From: Alphaproteobacteria bacterium | Lineage (GTDB): Bacteria > Pseudomonadota > Alphaproteobacteria > Bin95 | Reading direction: 5' to 3' | Length of the DNA: 64,000 bases | NCBI GenBank assembly: GCA_963665325.3 | Contig: OZ224045.1 | Location: 2,503,575 to 2,567,574, forward strand | Part shown: positions 47,749 through 58,021 of the stretch, one piece after another | Position numbering within the stretch: position 1 is the first letter of the stretch | Layout of the letters: each line of letters opens with the position of its first letter | Translations under genes and position numbers: made by a program | The notes under the pieces: model-generated | Database searches by the model: none | Told to the model about the DNA's origin: nothing | The model's input: the letters and a program-made list of their open reading frames with translations, nothing else

Positions 47749-48921
47749 CTATTCTTCCGCGGCGGCCAGCGGAGCGCGTTTGCGGGCGGCAAGTTCGGCC
47801 AGAACCTCTTCTGTGTGCTCGCCCAGCAGCGGCGCCGGCCGGTCGATGGCGCCGGGTGTGGAGGCAAGCTTCACCGGCGTGCCGATGGTGTTCATTTTTC
47901 CGACGGCCGGGTGGTCCAGCTCGACGACCATGTCTCGGGCGAGCGTGTGCGGATCGGTGAAGACCTCTCCATGATCCATCACCGGGCCAGCCGGCACGCC
48001 CACCTCCTCCAACTCGGCCAGCCACTCATCGCGGTTGCGGGTCTGCATGACGCCTTCGATGATCTCGATCAGTGCGTCGTTGTTGGCCACCCGGTCGGCG
48101 CGCGTCTTGAAGCGCGGGTCTTCCGGCAGGTCGGGGCGCCCGAGCACGTTGCAGACGCGGAACCACAGGTTCTGTTGGGCGCCGCCGATTGCGAGATAGC
48201 CGTCCTTCGCCTTGAGGATCTGGTATGGGGAGCTGCCCCGGTGGCGCTGCCCGATGCGCTCCGGCGTCTTGCCGGTCGCGAAATAGCCCGCTGCCTCATA
48301 GACGCAGAACGACATCGCGCTCTCATAGAGCGACACATCGACATGCTGGCCCTTGCCGGTCTGCGTGCGTCCGTGCACCGCGACCATCGTGGCGTAGGCG
48401 CCGAACATGCCGGCACCGACATCGGAAATGGCGATCGGCAGGCGGAAGGGCGGGCCGTCTTCCGGGCCGTTGGTCGCTGCAAGGCCCGACATCGCCTGGG
48501 TAATCAGGTCGAAGCCGCCGCGCGAACCGTAGGGCCCGGTCTGCCCGAAGCCGGAGATTGAGGTCATCACGAGGCCGGGATTTTCCGCCGACAGCGCTTC
48601 GTAGCCGAGGCCGAGCCGCGCCATGACGCCCGGGCGGAAGTTCTCGACCACGATATCGGCCGAAATGCAGAGGTCCCAGGCCGCCTGGAAGCCGTCTTCG
48701 CTCTTCAGGTCGAGCGTCACGGACCGTTTGTTGCGGTTCCAGAGCATGAAGGGCGCGCTCTCGCCCTCTACGAAGGGCGGCGTCTGGCGCATCGCTTCGC
48801 CTTCAGGGCGCTCCACCTTGATGACGTCGGCGCCCTGGTCGCCCAGCAGCATGGCGCAATAGGGCCCTGAGAGATTGGTGGTAAAGTCTATGACTCTAAG
48901 CCCTTCCAGTGCCCCGGCCAT
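47749..48921 (-). CDS. Class III CoA transferase (CaiB/BaiF)
   Basis: LEGLRVID, NRNKRS, ENFRPG, ISGFGQTGP. Confidence 0.93.
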   Translation of the reverse strand: MAGALEGLRVIDFTTNLSGPYCAMLLGDQGADVIKVERPEGEAMRQTPPFVEGESAPFMLWNRNKRSVTLDLKSEDGFQAAWDLCISADIVVENFRPGVMARLGLGYEALSAENPGLVMTSISGFGQTGPYGSRGGFDLITQAMSGLAATNGPEDGPPFRLPIAISDVGAGMFGAYATMVAVHGRTQTGKGQHVDVSLYESAMSFCVYEAAGYFATGKTPERIGQRHRGSSPYQILKAKDGYLAIGGAQQNLWFRVCNVLGRPDLPEDPRFKTRADRVANNDALIEIIEGVMQTRNRDEWLAELEEVGVPAGPVMDHGEVFTDPHTLARDMVVELDHPAVGKMNTIGTPVKLASTPGAIDRPAPLLGEHTEEVLAELAARKRAPLAAAEE

Positions 48922-49034
48922 GGCGCTCTTCCTCCTGTGGGAAACCTGCGGCCATTCTCGTCAACCGGTTTCTCTTGGCAAGTGCGGCGCCGGCGCGGCA
49001 TAACGGGCGCAGCCGACAGGGAGAAACGGGTTCC

Positions 49035-49811
49035 ATGGACGAGATCAGGCTTAGCCGGCAAGGGCAGGTTGCGGTGGTCACCATCGACCGGCCCGAGAAG
49101 AAGAACTGCTGCACCAAGGCCATGTGGACGGAACTCGGCCGGCTGTTCACCGAACTCGACAAAGACACGGACGTGCGCGCCGTCGTGCTCACCGGGGCCG
49201 GCGACAATTTCTGCACCGGGGCCGACATTTCCGAATTTGCCGAAGTGCGCGGGGACGCCGATCAGGCTGCGGACTACGGCCGGCAGGTGGTCTTCGCGGA
49301 ACATTCCATTGCGGATATGTCGAAGCCCGTCATCGCCGCCATCCGGGGCTATGCGGTCGGCGGGGGATGCGGGTTGATCGTCTGCGCGGACTTCCGGGTT
49401 TCGGACCGGAGCGGGCAGTTCGGTATCCCGGCGGCCCGGCTCTCCATCATTTACGGCATGGACGGGCTGCAGAAGCTTGCCAACATTGTCGGCGTCACCA
49501 ATGCCAAGAAGATCATGTACACCGCAAAGCGCTTCACTGCCGAGGAGGCGGAGCGGATGGGCCTCGTGGACATGCTGGTGGACGGAGACCCGGTAGAGGC
49601 GGCAATCGAGTTTGCGGAGTCCATGGCCGGCAATGCGCCGCTCTCCCTCATGGGCGCCAAGATAGGCTTGAATGCCGTTGCGACGGGCCGCATGGCTGAG
49701 ACCGAGGCGGGCTATCGCGACCTCCAGATGCGCGCGTCGGAGAGCGAGGATTACCGCGAGGGCCGCATGGCCTTCATGGAGAAGCGCGCGCCGGTCTTTC
49801 AGGGGCGTTAG
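49035..49811 (+). CDS. Enoyl-CoA hydratase/isomerase
   Basis: FCTGADISEF, KPVIAAIRGYAVGGG, SEDYREG. Confidence 0.92.
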   Translation: MDEIRLSRQGQVAVVTIDRPEKKNCCTKAMWTELGRLFTELDKDTDVRAVVLTGAGDNFCTGADISEFAEVRGDADQAADYGRQVVFAEHSIADMSKPVIAAIRGYAVGGGCGLIVCADFRVSDRSGQFGIPAARLSIIYGMDGLQKLANIVGVTNAKKIMYTAKRFTAEEAERMGLVDMLVDGDPVEAAIEFAESMAGNAPLSLMGAKIGLNAVATGRMAETEAGYRDLQMRASESEDYREGRMAFMEKRAPVFQGR

Positions 49812-49865
49812 GCCGCGCTATGCTGCCGGCAGCCCAAACCGATCCCTTCGAGGAGAGTTACAGCC

Positions 49866-50306
49866 ATGCGCTATCTGCACACCATGGTCCGCGTGTCGGA
49901 CCTCGACAAGTCGCTCGCCTTCTATTGCGGCCTGCTGGGCATGGTCGAGACCCGGCGCACGGAGAGCGAAAAGGGCCGCTACACCAATATCTTCCTTGCC
50001 GCCTCGGCGGACGAGGCGGCGGCCCGGGACGCGAAGGCGCCGGTGCTGGAGCTCACCTACAACTGGGATCCGGAAGACTATAAGGGCGGGCGCAATTTCG
50101 GCCATCTCGCCTTCGAGGTCGATGACATATACGGGCTCTGTGAGTCGCTCTCGCAAGCCGGTGTGACGGTCAACCGCCCGCCGCGGGACGGATACATGGC
50201 GTTCGTCCGCTCGCCGGACGGCATCTCCCTTGAGCTGCTCCAGGCGGGCGGACCGCGAGAACCGGCCGAGCCATGGGCATCCATGGAGAACACCGGCGTC
50301 TGGTGA
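49866..50306 (+). CDS. gloA: Lactoylglutathione lyase (glyoxalase I, VOC)
   Basis: MRYLHTMVRV, LELTYNWD, GRNFGHLAF, RSPDGISLEL. Confidence 0.9.
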   Translation: MRYLHTMVRVSDLDKSLAFYCGLLGMVETRRTESEKGRYTNIFLAASADEAAARDAKAPVLELTYNWDPEDYKGGRNFGHLAFEVDDIYGLCESLSQAGVTVNRPPRDGYMAFVRSPDGISLELLQAGGPREPAEPWASMENTGVW

Positions 50307-50770
50307 TGAGGGCAGACGATTCGGGGCGCTGGTTCGACGATTTTGAGGTCGGCCAGCGCTTCGAAACGGAAGGCTACACCTTCACCGAGAGCAGTATTAT
50401 CGATTTCGCGCTGCAGTACGACCCGCAATATTTCCATCTCGACCGGGAACGCGCCGCCGAGAGTATCTATGGCGGGCTGGTGGCCAGCGGTTTCCATACG
50501 CTTGCAGTGGTCTTCCGCCTCATCGTTCAGGCGCGTGTATTCGGGTCCGGCAATATCGGCGGAAAGGGCATGGACGACGTCCGCTGGCGGCGCGCGATCC
50601 GACCGGGCGACACGCTCCGCGTCACCTGCGAAGTCCTGGAGCTGCTGCCCTCCTCCCATCCCCAACGGGGCAATATGCGCATGTCCTTCCGCGCCTCGAA
50701 CCAGCGTGACGAAACGGCGCTGATCGGCGTGCTCATGCCGGTCATTCAACGCAGGCCGGTCGCCGAATAG
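50306..50770 (+). CDS. MaoC-family dehydratase
   Basis: FDDFEVGQRF, YDPQYFHLD, GLVASGFHT, IRPGDTL; TGATG overlap. Confidence 0.88.
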   Translation: MRADDSGRWFDDFEVGQRFETEGYTFTESSIIDFALQYDPQYFHLDRERAAESIYGGLVASGFHTLAVVFRLIVQARVFGSGNIGGKGMDDVRWRRAIRPGDTLRVTCEVLELLPSSHPQRGNMRMSFRASNQRDETALIGVLMPVIQRRPVAE

Positions 50771-50806
50771 AGGCGTGGGGTTCTGCGCAGGGAAACCTCC
50801 CTACCG

Positions 50807-51424
50807 ATGACCCTCTCGGAAAGACTGGTGGCGCATCCCGTCGGGCTGCTGGCGATCCTGTGCGCCATGCAGGCGCTTGTCTGGACTCTGGCGCCGGCGC
50901 TTACCCATAGCGCGCCTCCACTCGATGTCGTCGAGATGCTGGTCTGGGGCCGGGAAGGGGTGGTCGCGACCTACAAGCACCCCAACCTGCCCGGGCTGCT
51001 GCTGGAAGCCGTCCGGCGCCTCACATTCGACGCGCTCTGGCCCGCTTACGCTCTCGCCCAGGCCTGCGTGGTCGCAAGCTTCATCGCCGTCTATCTGCTC
51101 GGCCGCGACCTGTTGGGGTCGAGCCGTGCGCTCGCAGGGACGCTGCTGCTGACGGGCATCTTCTATTACTCCTGGCCGACGCCGGAGATGAACCACAACC
51201 TGATGCAGATGCCGCTCTGGGCATGGACCTGTCTGGCATTGTGGCGTTCGGTGCAGGGCGGCCGGCTTGTCGTCCGTGCCTGTCGAGGGCCTATTGTAGT
51301 CTGCCGCAGTGTTCCGGCTATGCGTCGGGCAGGAAGTTGCCGTCCGCGCGCCACCGCGACTCCAGGCTGCGGCGCAGCTTTGCGAGAGCGCGGGCCTCCA
51401 GCTGGCGGACCCGTTCCTTGCTGA
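50807..51424 (+). pseudogene. Truncated GT39/ArnT-like membrane glycosyltransferase
   Basis: LDVVEMLVWGRE...YKHPNLP...NHN; similarity ends near 51270 and the frame then runs antisense into the sigma factor gene. Confidence 0.7.
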
Positions 51425-52202
51425 CGCCAAGCTCACGTCCCAGTGACTCCAGCGTGCGTGCCTCGTCTATCAGCAACCGCTCACGGATGATCTTCGCCTC
51501 GCGCTCGGGCAGCTCGTCCAGCGCCTCCCGGATCCAGCGGGCGCGAAGGTTCCCGTCGAGATGCTCCATCGCATTGTCTTCGGGAGACGGGCGCTGGTCG
51601 GCAAGGAAATGCACCCAGGTCTCGTCGCCGTCCTCGCCGATGGGCGCGTCGAGCGAGCGGTCGGCGCCGGTCAGCCGGCCTTCCATCGTCTCCACGTCCT
51701 TGCGCGCGACCTTGAGTTCCGCTGCGATACGCTCCCGACCCCGATCGTCGAGAGGCTTGCCGGTGCGCCCCTCGATCCGCGCCCGCAGCCGGCGTAGATT
51801 GAAGAACAGCGACTTCTGGGATGACGTGGAGCCCGTACGCACGATCGACCAGTTGCGCAGCACATAGTCCTGCATCGCCGAACGGATCCACCAGGAGGCA
51901 TAGGTCGAGAAACGCACCTCCCGTTCCGGTTCGAAACGGGCCGCCGCCTGCATCAGCCCGACTGCGCCTTCCTGCATCAGGTCTGCCATGGGCAGGCCGT
52001 AATTCCGGTATTTCGCCGCTGTGGCCGCAACAAGGCGCGTGTAGGCATTGACGAGCTCGTGCAGGGCGGTCTCGTCCTGCCCGTCGCGCCAGCGCAGCGC
52101 GAGCTCCTGCTCCCGTTCTCGAGTGAGCAGCGGTGTGCTCATCGCATGGCGGACGAAATTCAACGCCCCCCTGCTGTTCGCCGACCGGTCCAGATAGCTC
52201 AT
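51318..52202 (-). CDS. rpoH: RNA polymerase sigma-32-family factor (RpoH2-like)
   Basis: DLMQEGAVGLMQAAARFEP, RFSTYASWWIR, RpoH box QKSLFFNLRR, GVSKERVRQLE. Confidence 0.92.
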   Translation of the reverse strand: MSYLDRSANSRGALNFVRHAMSTPLLTREREQELALRWRDGQDETALHELVNAYTRLVAATAAKYRNYGLPMADLMQEGAVGLMQAAARFEPEREVRFSTYASWWIRSAMQDYVLRNWSIVRTGSTSSQKSLFFNLRRLRARIEGRTGKPLDDRGRERIAAELKVARKDVETMEGRLTGADRSLDAPIGEDGDETWVHFLADQRPSPEDNAMEHLDGNLRARWIREALDELPEREAKIIRERLLIDEARTLESLGRELGVSKERVRQLEARALAKLRRSLESRWRADGNFLPDA

Positions 52203-52309
52203 CTCGTTCCTTCCCGCGCTGCCTTCCGGTTGCCGAACGGACGCACCGCATTTCAAGAGGTGGGCAGCCCCGCACGGTTATTCAACCTGTCTTGCGGTTT
52301 CGTCCTTCC

Positions 52310-52353
52310 AAAAGCCGAGAGGCGGTCTGCCCGGTGGAGAGCAGACCGCCTCG
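52310..52353 (-). terminator. Rho-independent terminator after carD
   Basis: GAGGCGGTCTGC/GCAGACCGCCTC stem followed on the minus strand by GCTTTT. Confidence 0.65.
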
Positions 52354-52380
52354 CGATTCGACATCTTGTCGCTATCGGGG

Positions 52381-52878
52381 TCAGGCCGCCTCCAGCACCA
52401 ATTCCACTCGTTTCACGGCTTTGTCCTCGTCGATCTTCTCCACTACTGCAAGTTCCCGGCTCAACCGTTCGAGCGCAGCCTGGTAAATCTGACGCTCGCT
52501 GTAGGACTGGTCCGGCTGGTCGGCGTTGCGGTGCAGGTCCCGCACGACCTCGGCGATAAGAATCGGATCGCCGGAGTTGATTTTCGCCTCGTATTCCTGG
52601 GCGCGCCTGCTCCACATCGTTCTTTTGATGCGTACCCTGCCCTTGAGAGTACGCAGAGCGTTCTGCATCTCTTTCTTCGTGGAAAGCGTTCTCAGACCTG
52701 CCGTCTGCACCTTGGCAGTCGGGATGCGCAGCAGCATCTTTTCTTTCTCGAATTCGATAACCAGCATCTCGAGCTCGTAACCCGAAATCGTCTGATCTTC
52801 GACCGCCAGAACCTTCCCCACACCATGCGCCGGATAAACCACATGATTCCCGGCCCTGAAATTACCTCGCTTTGTCAT
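52381..52878 (-). CDS. carD: CarD-family transcriptional regulator
   Basis: VVYPAHGVG, MWSRRAQEYEAKINSGD, QSYSERQIY. Confidence 0.95.
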   Translation of the reverse strand: MTKRGNFRAGNHVVYPAHGVGKVLAVEDQTISGYELEMLVIEFEKEKMLLRIPTAKVQTAGLRTLSTKKEMQNALRTLKGRVRIKRTMWSRRAQEYEAKINSGDPILIAEVVRDLHRNADQPDQSYSERQIYQAALERLSRELAVVEKIDEDKAVKRVELVLEAA

Positions 52879-53054
52879 TCTATCCTGTTGGTCCCCGGTT
52901 CCGTATCGATGCACCAACCGCGAAGGCAAAATGCCCGGCCACTTAAGCAAGCGGCCGCGCCAAAGGCTTACTACGATTGGCTGGGCTTCCTCCAAGCCCA
53001 GCCCAAAGGTTAGCATAAATTCAATGGATTGGCCAGTAGCCCGCCGTGTCGCGC

Positions 53055-53387
53055 TCACCCGCCCGGGTTTGGACTGAAGTGCCCTTCGAGCTTGCCTTCG
53101 ACGCCTTCCCAGTCCTCGGCATCCGGCGGAGCATCCTTTCGATAGGTGATGTTGGGCCAGCTCTCGGAATAGCGGCGGTTGAAGTCGACCCACTCCTCCA
53201 TGCCCGGATCGGTGTCCGGTTTGATCGCTTCGACGGGACATTCAGGCTCGCAGACTCCGCAGTCGATGCATTCGTCGGGATGTATGACCAGCATGTTCTC
53301 GCCCTCATAGAAGCAATCGACCGGGCACACTTCGACGCAATCGGTGTATTTGCACCGGATGCAGGCATCGTTGACGATATAGGTCAT
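53055..53387 (-). CDS. fdxA: Ferredoxin FdxA (7Fe type)
   Basis: [21 protein letters not shown]...[12 protein letters not shown]. Confidence 0.96.
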   Translation of the reverse strand: MTYIVNDACIRCKYTDCVEVCPVDCFYEGENMLVIHPDECIDCGVCEPECPVEAIKPDTDPGMEEWVDFNRRYSESWPNITYRKDAPPDAEDWEGVEGKLEGHFSPNPGG

Positions 53388-53457
53388 AGGCGAGATCTCC
53401 GGGCCGCAGGCGTTACGGCGCAATGGATGCCGCCATTTAGCAGCAGGACAGGACCTG

Positions 53458-53733
53458 TCAACCGTCGAGGTTCGCGTAGAGGCGGGCCGCTTCGGGCGCC
53501 GGGCCGCGCCGTTCCGCCAGCGCTTCGACCTGCACGACCCGGATTGCGCCCGCCTGCGGGAAGGTCAGAACATCGCCCACGCGAAGAATGTGATGGGCCT
53601 TCTGCACCGGCCGGCGGTTCACCCTGACCCGGCCAGCTTGGCAGAGTTTCGCGGCAAGCGCGCGCGTCTTGAAGAAACGGGCGCGCCATAGCCACTGGTC
53701 GAGCCGCTGTCCCGCCGCTGTTTCGTTCACCAT
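53458..53733 (-). CDS. S4-domain RNA-binding protein (Hsp15-like)
   Basis: [18 protein letters not shown]...[12 protein letters not shown]. Confidence 0.9.
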   Translation of the reverse strand: MVNETAAGQRLDQWLWRARFFKTRALAAKLCQAGRVRVNRRPVQKAHHILRVGDVLTFPQAGAIRVVQVEALAERRGPAPEAARLYANLDG

Positions 53734-56195
53734 CAGACCTTGAGAGCGGCGAGCTTTGCGAAAGGCGAACCAGGCCTGACCCGGATTCGGCGCACCGGTC
53801 TTGAACGGCTGCGGGTCATCTGCATACCGGTTGCACTATCGCTTGCCTCAAATCCGATATCCGACAGGACGGCCGGCAGGTCGTCGAGGCGGCAGCCCGT
53901 CACCCGGGCAAGCTGCAAAGTAGGGACGAACGGCCCCTGTTCTGCAAGGCTGGCGGCGGCCTCCGCCAGTCGCTCCAGCACAGGCGCCCGAAGCGCCAGC
54001 GGACCCGCAACGACATAGCCGGCGGCGGCATATCGTGCGGCGGGTATCGTGGGGTCCAGGGGGAGCACCTGCCGGCCCGCGGCGAACGGTTCGCCGCCGG
54101 TGTCGCGGTAAACGCGCCAGAGCAGGTCGAGGAGTCCCGCCGGCCGTGCCTTCTGCATAGCCGGCACGAACACAGCGACACGGCCGAAGCGTACGCCCAG
54201 TCGACCGAGCGCCTGCCGGTCGGCGCGAGACAACGATCGCGCGAGGTCGCCAACAGCGTCGCGCCTGAGCGTGCCCAGCGCTTCGGCGATCCGGTAGGCA
54301 ACTCCGCGCGCCCGGCCGGAAAGCCTCTCGGGCATCGCAAGCGCCGCCAGCGGCGCAAGGTCGTGGGCAATCAGGCCGGCAACCCATTGCCGGAGGCGGC
54401 CTTCCACACGGCGCCGGGGGGCCGTCTCCAGAAGGTCGGAGGGCAGGATCCGGAGGTCGGGAGAAAGCGCAGTCGTGCCGGCAACCAGGCGAGCGACCGG
54501 TTCGCCGTTCCAGAGTACCCGGCCATCGGCGTCGAGAGCGAAACTCTCGTCATGCGCCTCTACCAGCGCATCCACCCGGCGCGCTGCCTCCTCCCGCAGC
54601 ACGCGTTGAGTGGCCAGCACGAGAGGTCGGCCGCCGCGTTCCGCGCGGTCTGCGGTATAGCGAAAGCCGTCCAGGCGACCGACCGCTTCGCCTTCGAGCA
54701 AGACGGAGCCGTCGCGCGCGACGGCTCCCGCAAGGTCGCCGCCTTCCCGCAAGCGTCGCGCCAACACGGCTGTTCGTCGATCCACGAAGCGCTGGGTCAG
54801 CCGTTCGTGCAATGCGTCCGAAAGCAGATCTTCCAGCCGCCGGGTGCGTTCCTGCCAGCCGGACGCGTCGTCGAGCCATGCAGCACGGTATGCGATATAG
54901 GTCCAGGTTCGCACACCGGCGATGCGCGCCATAAGCGTGTCGATGTCGCCGTCCGTGCGCTCCAGCCGACCGACCTGCCGGGCGACCCATTCCTCCGGCA
55001 ACCGGCCGCCGCGGTCGATCAGGTATCGGTAAATGCGTCCCAGCAAGTGGGCATGGGCGTCCGTCAGCGTCTTGCGGAAGTCGGGGACCTGGCAGACATC
55101 CCACAACATGGCGATCCTCTCGGGGCCGACCGCCGCCGCCCTGATCGCCGGGTCGCGCGCCAGCACGGTCAGTGCCTGCTGGTCCTCGCCGTCCCGCCCC
55201 GGCACGAAGAACGGGAAAGGCGGCGGCCGTCCGAGGCTCGTGAGCAACCCTTCGACACTCGAAAAATCGAGGTCGTCATTGCGCCAGAAGACCGTTTGCA
55301 GGGGCTCGAACCGGTGTTCCTCCACCCGCGCCACCGTTCGCTCCTCCATCGGGCGCTGTTCGGCTGTGACACCGAATGTGCCATCGGCGACATGCCGCCC
55401 GGCGCGTCCGGCAATCTGGCCGACCTCGGCCGGCGCGAGCCTGCGCATGCGCCGGCCGTCGAACTTGCTCAGCGCGGAGAACGCGACATGGCGCACATCC
55501 ATGTTCAGGCCCATGCCGATGGCATCGGTGGCGACCAGGTAGTCCACCTCGCCTGCCTGATACATGCCGACCTGGGCGTTTCGCGCGCGGGGACTGAGCG
55601 CACCCAGAACCACCGCAGTGCCGCCGCGCTGCCGGCGGACGAGCTCGGCAAGGCGATAGACCTCGCTTGCGGAGAACGCGACCACCGCAGAGCGCGGCGG
55701 CAGCCTCGTCACCTTGCGATAACCCGAATAGTCGAGCCGGGAGAAGCGGGGCCGGTCCTCGACCACCGCCTCCGGCGCCAATTGCCGCAACAGCGGGCGG
55801 ATCGTCTCGGCGCCCAGAAACATCGTTTCGTGTTTGCCGCGGGCGTGGAGGAGGCGGTTGGTGACGATATGGCCGCGCTCGGGGTCGGCCGCCATCTGCA
55901 CCTCATCCACTGCGAGGAAAGCAACGCTTCGGTCGAGCGGCATGGATTCGGTAGTGCAGACAAAATACCGCGCCCGCGGCGGTATCAGCTTCTCTTCGCC
56001 GGTGACCAGCGCGACCGCGTTGGCGCCCTTGATGGCGGCGATACGGTCGTAATTCTCACGCGCCAGCAACCGCAACGGGAAGCCGATCATGCCGGACTCG
56101 TACCCGAGCATGCGCTGCACGGCGGCATAGGTCTTGCCGGTATTGGTCGGCCCGAGTAACGCCGTGACCCGCGCCTGACCGTCGTTTGCCTGCAT
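53733..56195 (-). CDS. SUV3-like (MgpS-type) ATP-dependent helicase
   Basis: LGPTNTGKT, PLRLLARE, DEVQ, ATDAIGMGLN, QIAGRAGR. Confidence 0.92.
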   Translation of the reverse strand: MQANDGQARVTALLGPTNTGKTYAAVQRMLGYESGMIGFPLRLLARENYDRIAAIKGANAVALVTGEEKLIPPRARYFVCTTESMPLDRSVAFLAVDEVQMAADPERGHIVTNRLLHARGKHETMFLGAETIRPLLRQLAPEAVVEDRPRFSRLDYSGYRKVTRLPPRSAVVAFSASEVYRLAELVRRQRGGTAVVLGALSPRARNAQVGMYQAGEVDYLVATDAIGMGLNMDVRHVAFSALSKFDGRRMRRLAPAEVGQIAGRAGRHVADGTFGVTAEQRPMEERTVARVEEHRFEPLQTVFWRNDDLDFSSVEGLLTSLGRPPPFPFFVPGRDGEDQQALTVLARDPAIRAAAVGPERIAMLWDVCQVPDFRKTLTDAHAHLLGRIYRYLIDRGGRLPEEWVARQVGRLERTDGDIDTLMARIAGVRTWTYIAYRAAWLDDASGWQERTRRLEDLLSDALHERLTQRFVDRRTAVLARRLREGGDLAGAVARDGSVLLEGEAVGRLDGFRYTADRAERGGRPLVLATQRVLREEAARRVDALVEAHDESFALDADGRVLWNGEPVARLVAGTTALSPDLRILPSDLLETAPRRRVEGRLRQWVAGLIAHDLAPLAALAMPERLSGRARGVAYRIAEALGTLRRDAVGDLARSLSRADRQALGRLGVRFGRVAVFVPAMQKARPAGLLDLLWRVYRDTGGEPFAAGRQVLPLDPTIPAARYAAAGYVVAGPLALRAPVLERLAEAAASLAEQGPFVPTLQLARVTGCRLDDLPAVLSDIGFEASDSATGMQMTRSRSRPVRRIRVRPGSPFAKLAALKV

Positions 56196-56257
56196 ATGCG
56201 GAAGGTCGGTCCGATTCCATGCCAGTTCAAGAGCAAATCCGTGTAGGTCGTCCGTCA

Positions 56258-56560
56258 ATGTGGGTCGAAGGATCGAACGACGGCATTCGCCTCCGGGTTC
56301 GCGCGGCGCCCGGCGCGCGCCGACCGGGCCTGGGCGGCCTCGTGGAGTCCGGGTCGAGGCTGTCCGTTCGGGTTGCGGCGCGCCCGATCGAAGGGCAGGC
56401 CAACCGGGCCGTCGAAGCCATGCTTGCGGCAGCGCTTGAGGTGCCGAAAGGACGCGTCCGGATCGTGCGGGGCCATCGGAGCCGGGACAAGACCGTCCGG
56501 ATCGAGGGCGACCCGGCCACGCTCTCGGAGGCCGCTTCTCTGCTGCCGGAAATAGGGTAG
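56258..56560 (+). CDS. DUF167 (YggU) family protein
   Basis: LRVRAAPGA, RVAARPIEGQAN, GHRSRDK; start uncertain. Confidence 0.85.
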   Translation: MWVEGSNDGIRLRVRAAPGARRPGLGGLVESGSRLSVRVAARPIEGQANRAVEAMLAAALEVPKGRVRIVRGHRSRDKTVRIEGDPATLSEAASLLPEIG

Positions 56561-56605
56561 GGTGCCTGCCTCGAGTCAGTGTCACTGCAGAAGGACGACA
56601 CCTCC

Positions 56606-57451
56606 ATGGACTACGGCATCGCGCAGTTCCCGACCGACTATTCCATTGCGCCGGCTGCGCTCGCCGTCGCAGCCGAAGAACGCGGTTTCGAGTCCTTCTG
56701 GGCTCCGGAGCACTCGCATATTCCGTGGTCGCGGAAGTCTCCCTGGCCCGGCGGCGCCGATCTGCCCAAGCAGTATTACGATGTCATGGACCCGTTCCTG
56801 GCGCTGGCCAGCGCGGCGACGGCAACCTCGCGGATCAAGCTCGGCACCGGCATATGCCTCGTCGTGCAGCGCGACCCGATTTACACCGCGAAAGCGGTCT
56901 CCACCGTCGACCGGATTTCGAACGGGCGCTTCCTGTTCGGCATCGGCGGCGGCTGGAATGCGGAAGAGATGGCGGACCATGGCACCGACTTCTCGACGCG
57001 CTTTGCACTCATGGAGGAGCGCGTGGCGGCCATGAAGACGATCTGGACCGAGGCGAAGGCGGAGTATCACGGCGAATTCGTCGATTTCGATTCGATGGCG
57101 CAGTGGCCGAAGCCGGTGCAGACCCCGCATCCGCCGGTCATTGTTGGCGGGGCCTTCCCTTGGGGCGCGCGCCGGGCGGTGGCCTATGGCGACGGCTGGA
57201 TGCCGATCGGCGGGCGCAACCAGGATGTGCTGGATCTGCTGCCGCGCTTCCGGCAGATCGCCGCCGAGGCGGAGCGAGAGCCGGACAGTATCCCGGTGAC
57301 GCTCTTCGGGGTCGAGGCGGACGGCGCGCTGCTCGACCGGGCCGAAACCGCGAGCGTTGCCCGAGCCGTCTTCATGCTGCCGTCGGTGGACGAGGCGGAA
57401 AGCCTGAAACTGCTCGACGGCCTGGTGGAGAAGCTCAGGCCGCGACTCTGA
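56606..57451 (+). CDS. LLM-class oxidoreductase (Rv2161c-like)
   Basis: FPTDYSI, PEHSHIP, DPFLAL, LGTGICL, GGWNAEEM, PKPVQ. Confidence 0.88.
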   Translation: MDYGIAQFPTDYSIAPAALAVAAEERGFESFWAPEHSHIPWSRKSPWPGGADLPKQYYDVMDPFLALASAATATSRIKLGTGICLVVQRDPIYTAKAVSTVDRISNGRFLFGIGGGWNAEEMADHGTDFSTRFALMEERVAAMKTIWTEAKAEYHGEFVDFDSMAQWPKPVQTPHPPVIVGGAFPWGARRAVAYGDGWMPIGGRNQDVLDLLPRFRQIAAEAEREPDSIPVTLFGVEADGALLDRAETASVARAVFMLPSVDEAESLKLLDGLVEKLRPRL

Positions 57452-57460
57452 GCCGCCGCC

Positions 57461-58021
57461 TCAGTCGCCGAAGAACGGCGTCTCGTTGTCTCCCCGGAGG
57501 CGGATGTCGAAGCGGTAGCCGCCGTCCTCGGCCTCGGCGACCAGCAGCGCGCGGCGCTCTTCGGGCACTGCCGTCAGCACGGGGTCCTCAGGGTTCAAAT
57601 CCTCGCCGGGGAAATAGGCGCGGGTCCGCATACGCCGGAGCAACCCGGCTGAGAACACCGCCACCGATATATGCGGTGCCTGCCAGCGATTGCCCTCGAA
57701 CGGCACCGGGCCCGGCATTACGGTCGTGAAGGAGAATTCGCCCCCGGCGTCCGTCAACACCCGGCCGAAGCCGCTGAAATGCGGGTCGCGCGGGCGCGCG
57801 TCGTCCCTGTCCAGCGGATGTGCGTAGCTGCCCGCCGCGTTGGCCTGCCAAATCTCCACCAGTGCATCGCGGACGGGTGCGGCGTTCACATCCGAGAGCC
57901 GGCCCCGCAGAAAGATGCTGCGCCCTTCGGCCTTGCCGCCGTCGGTGAGGTCGGCGCTGAACGGCAGGGCATAGTTGAAGAACGGTCCGAGTGTTTGGGA
58001 GGCCGTCGGCGAAATGCTCAT
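57461..58021 (-). CDS. pcaG: Protocatechuate 3,4-dioxygenase alpha subunit
   Basis: TASQTLGPF, EIWQANAAG, GFGR, QAPHI, DIRLRGDNETPFF. Confidence 0.9.
   Translation of the reverse strand: MSISPTASQTLGPFFNYALPFSADLTDGGKAEGRSIFLRGRLSDVNAAPVRDALVEIWQANAAGSYAHPLDRDDARPRDPHFSGFGRVLTDAGGEFSFTTVMPGPVPFEGNRWQAPHISVAVFSAGLLRRMRTRAYFPGEDLNPEDPVLTAVPEERRALLVAEAEDGGYRFDIRLRGDNETPFFGD

Noticed and set aside
51318-56195. helicase-S4-fdxA-carD-rpoH cluster as a novel system
   Set aside because: Familiar conserved alphaproteobacterial gene order
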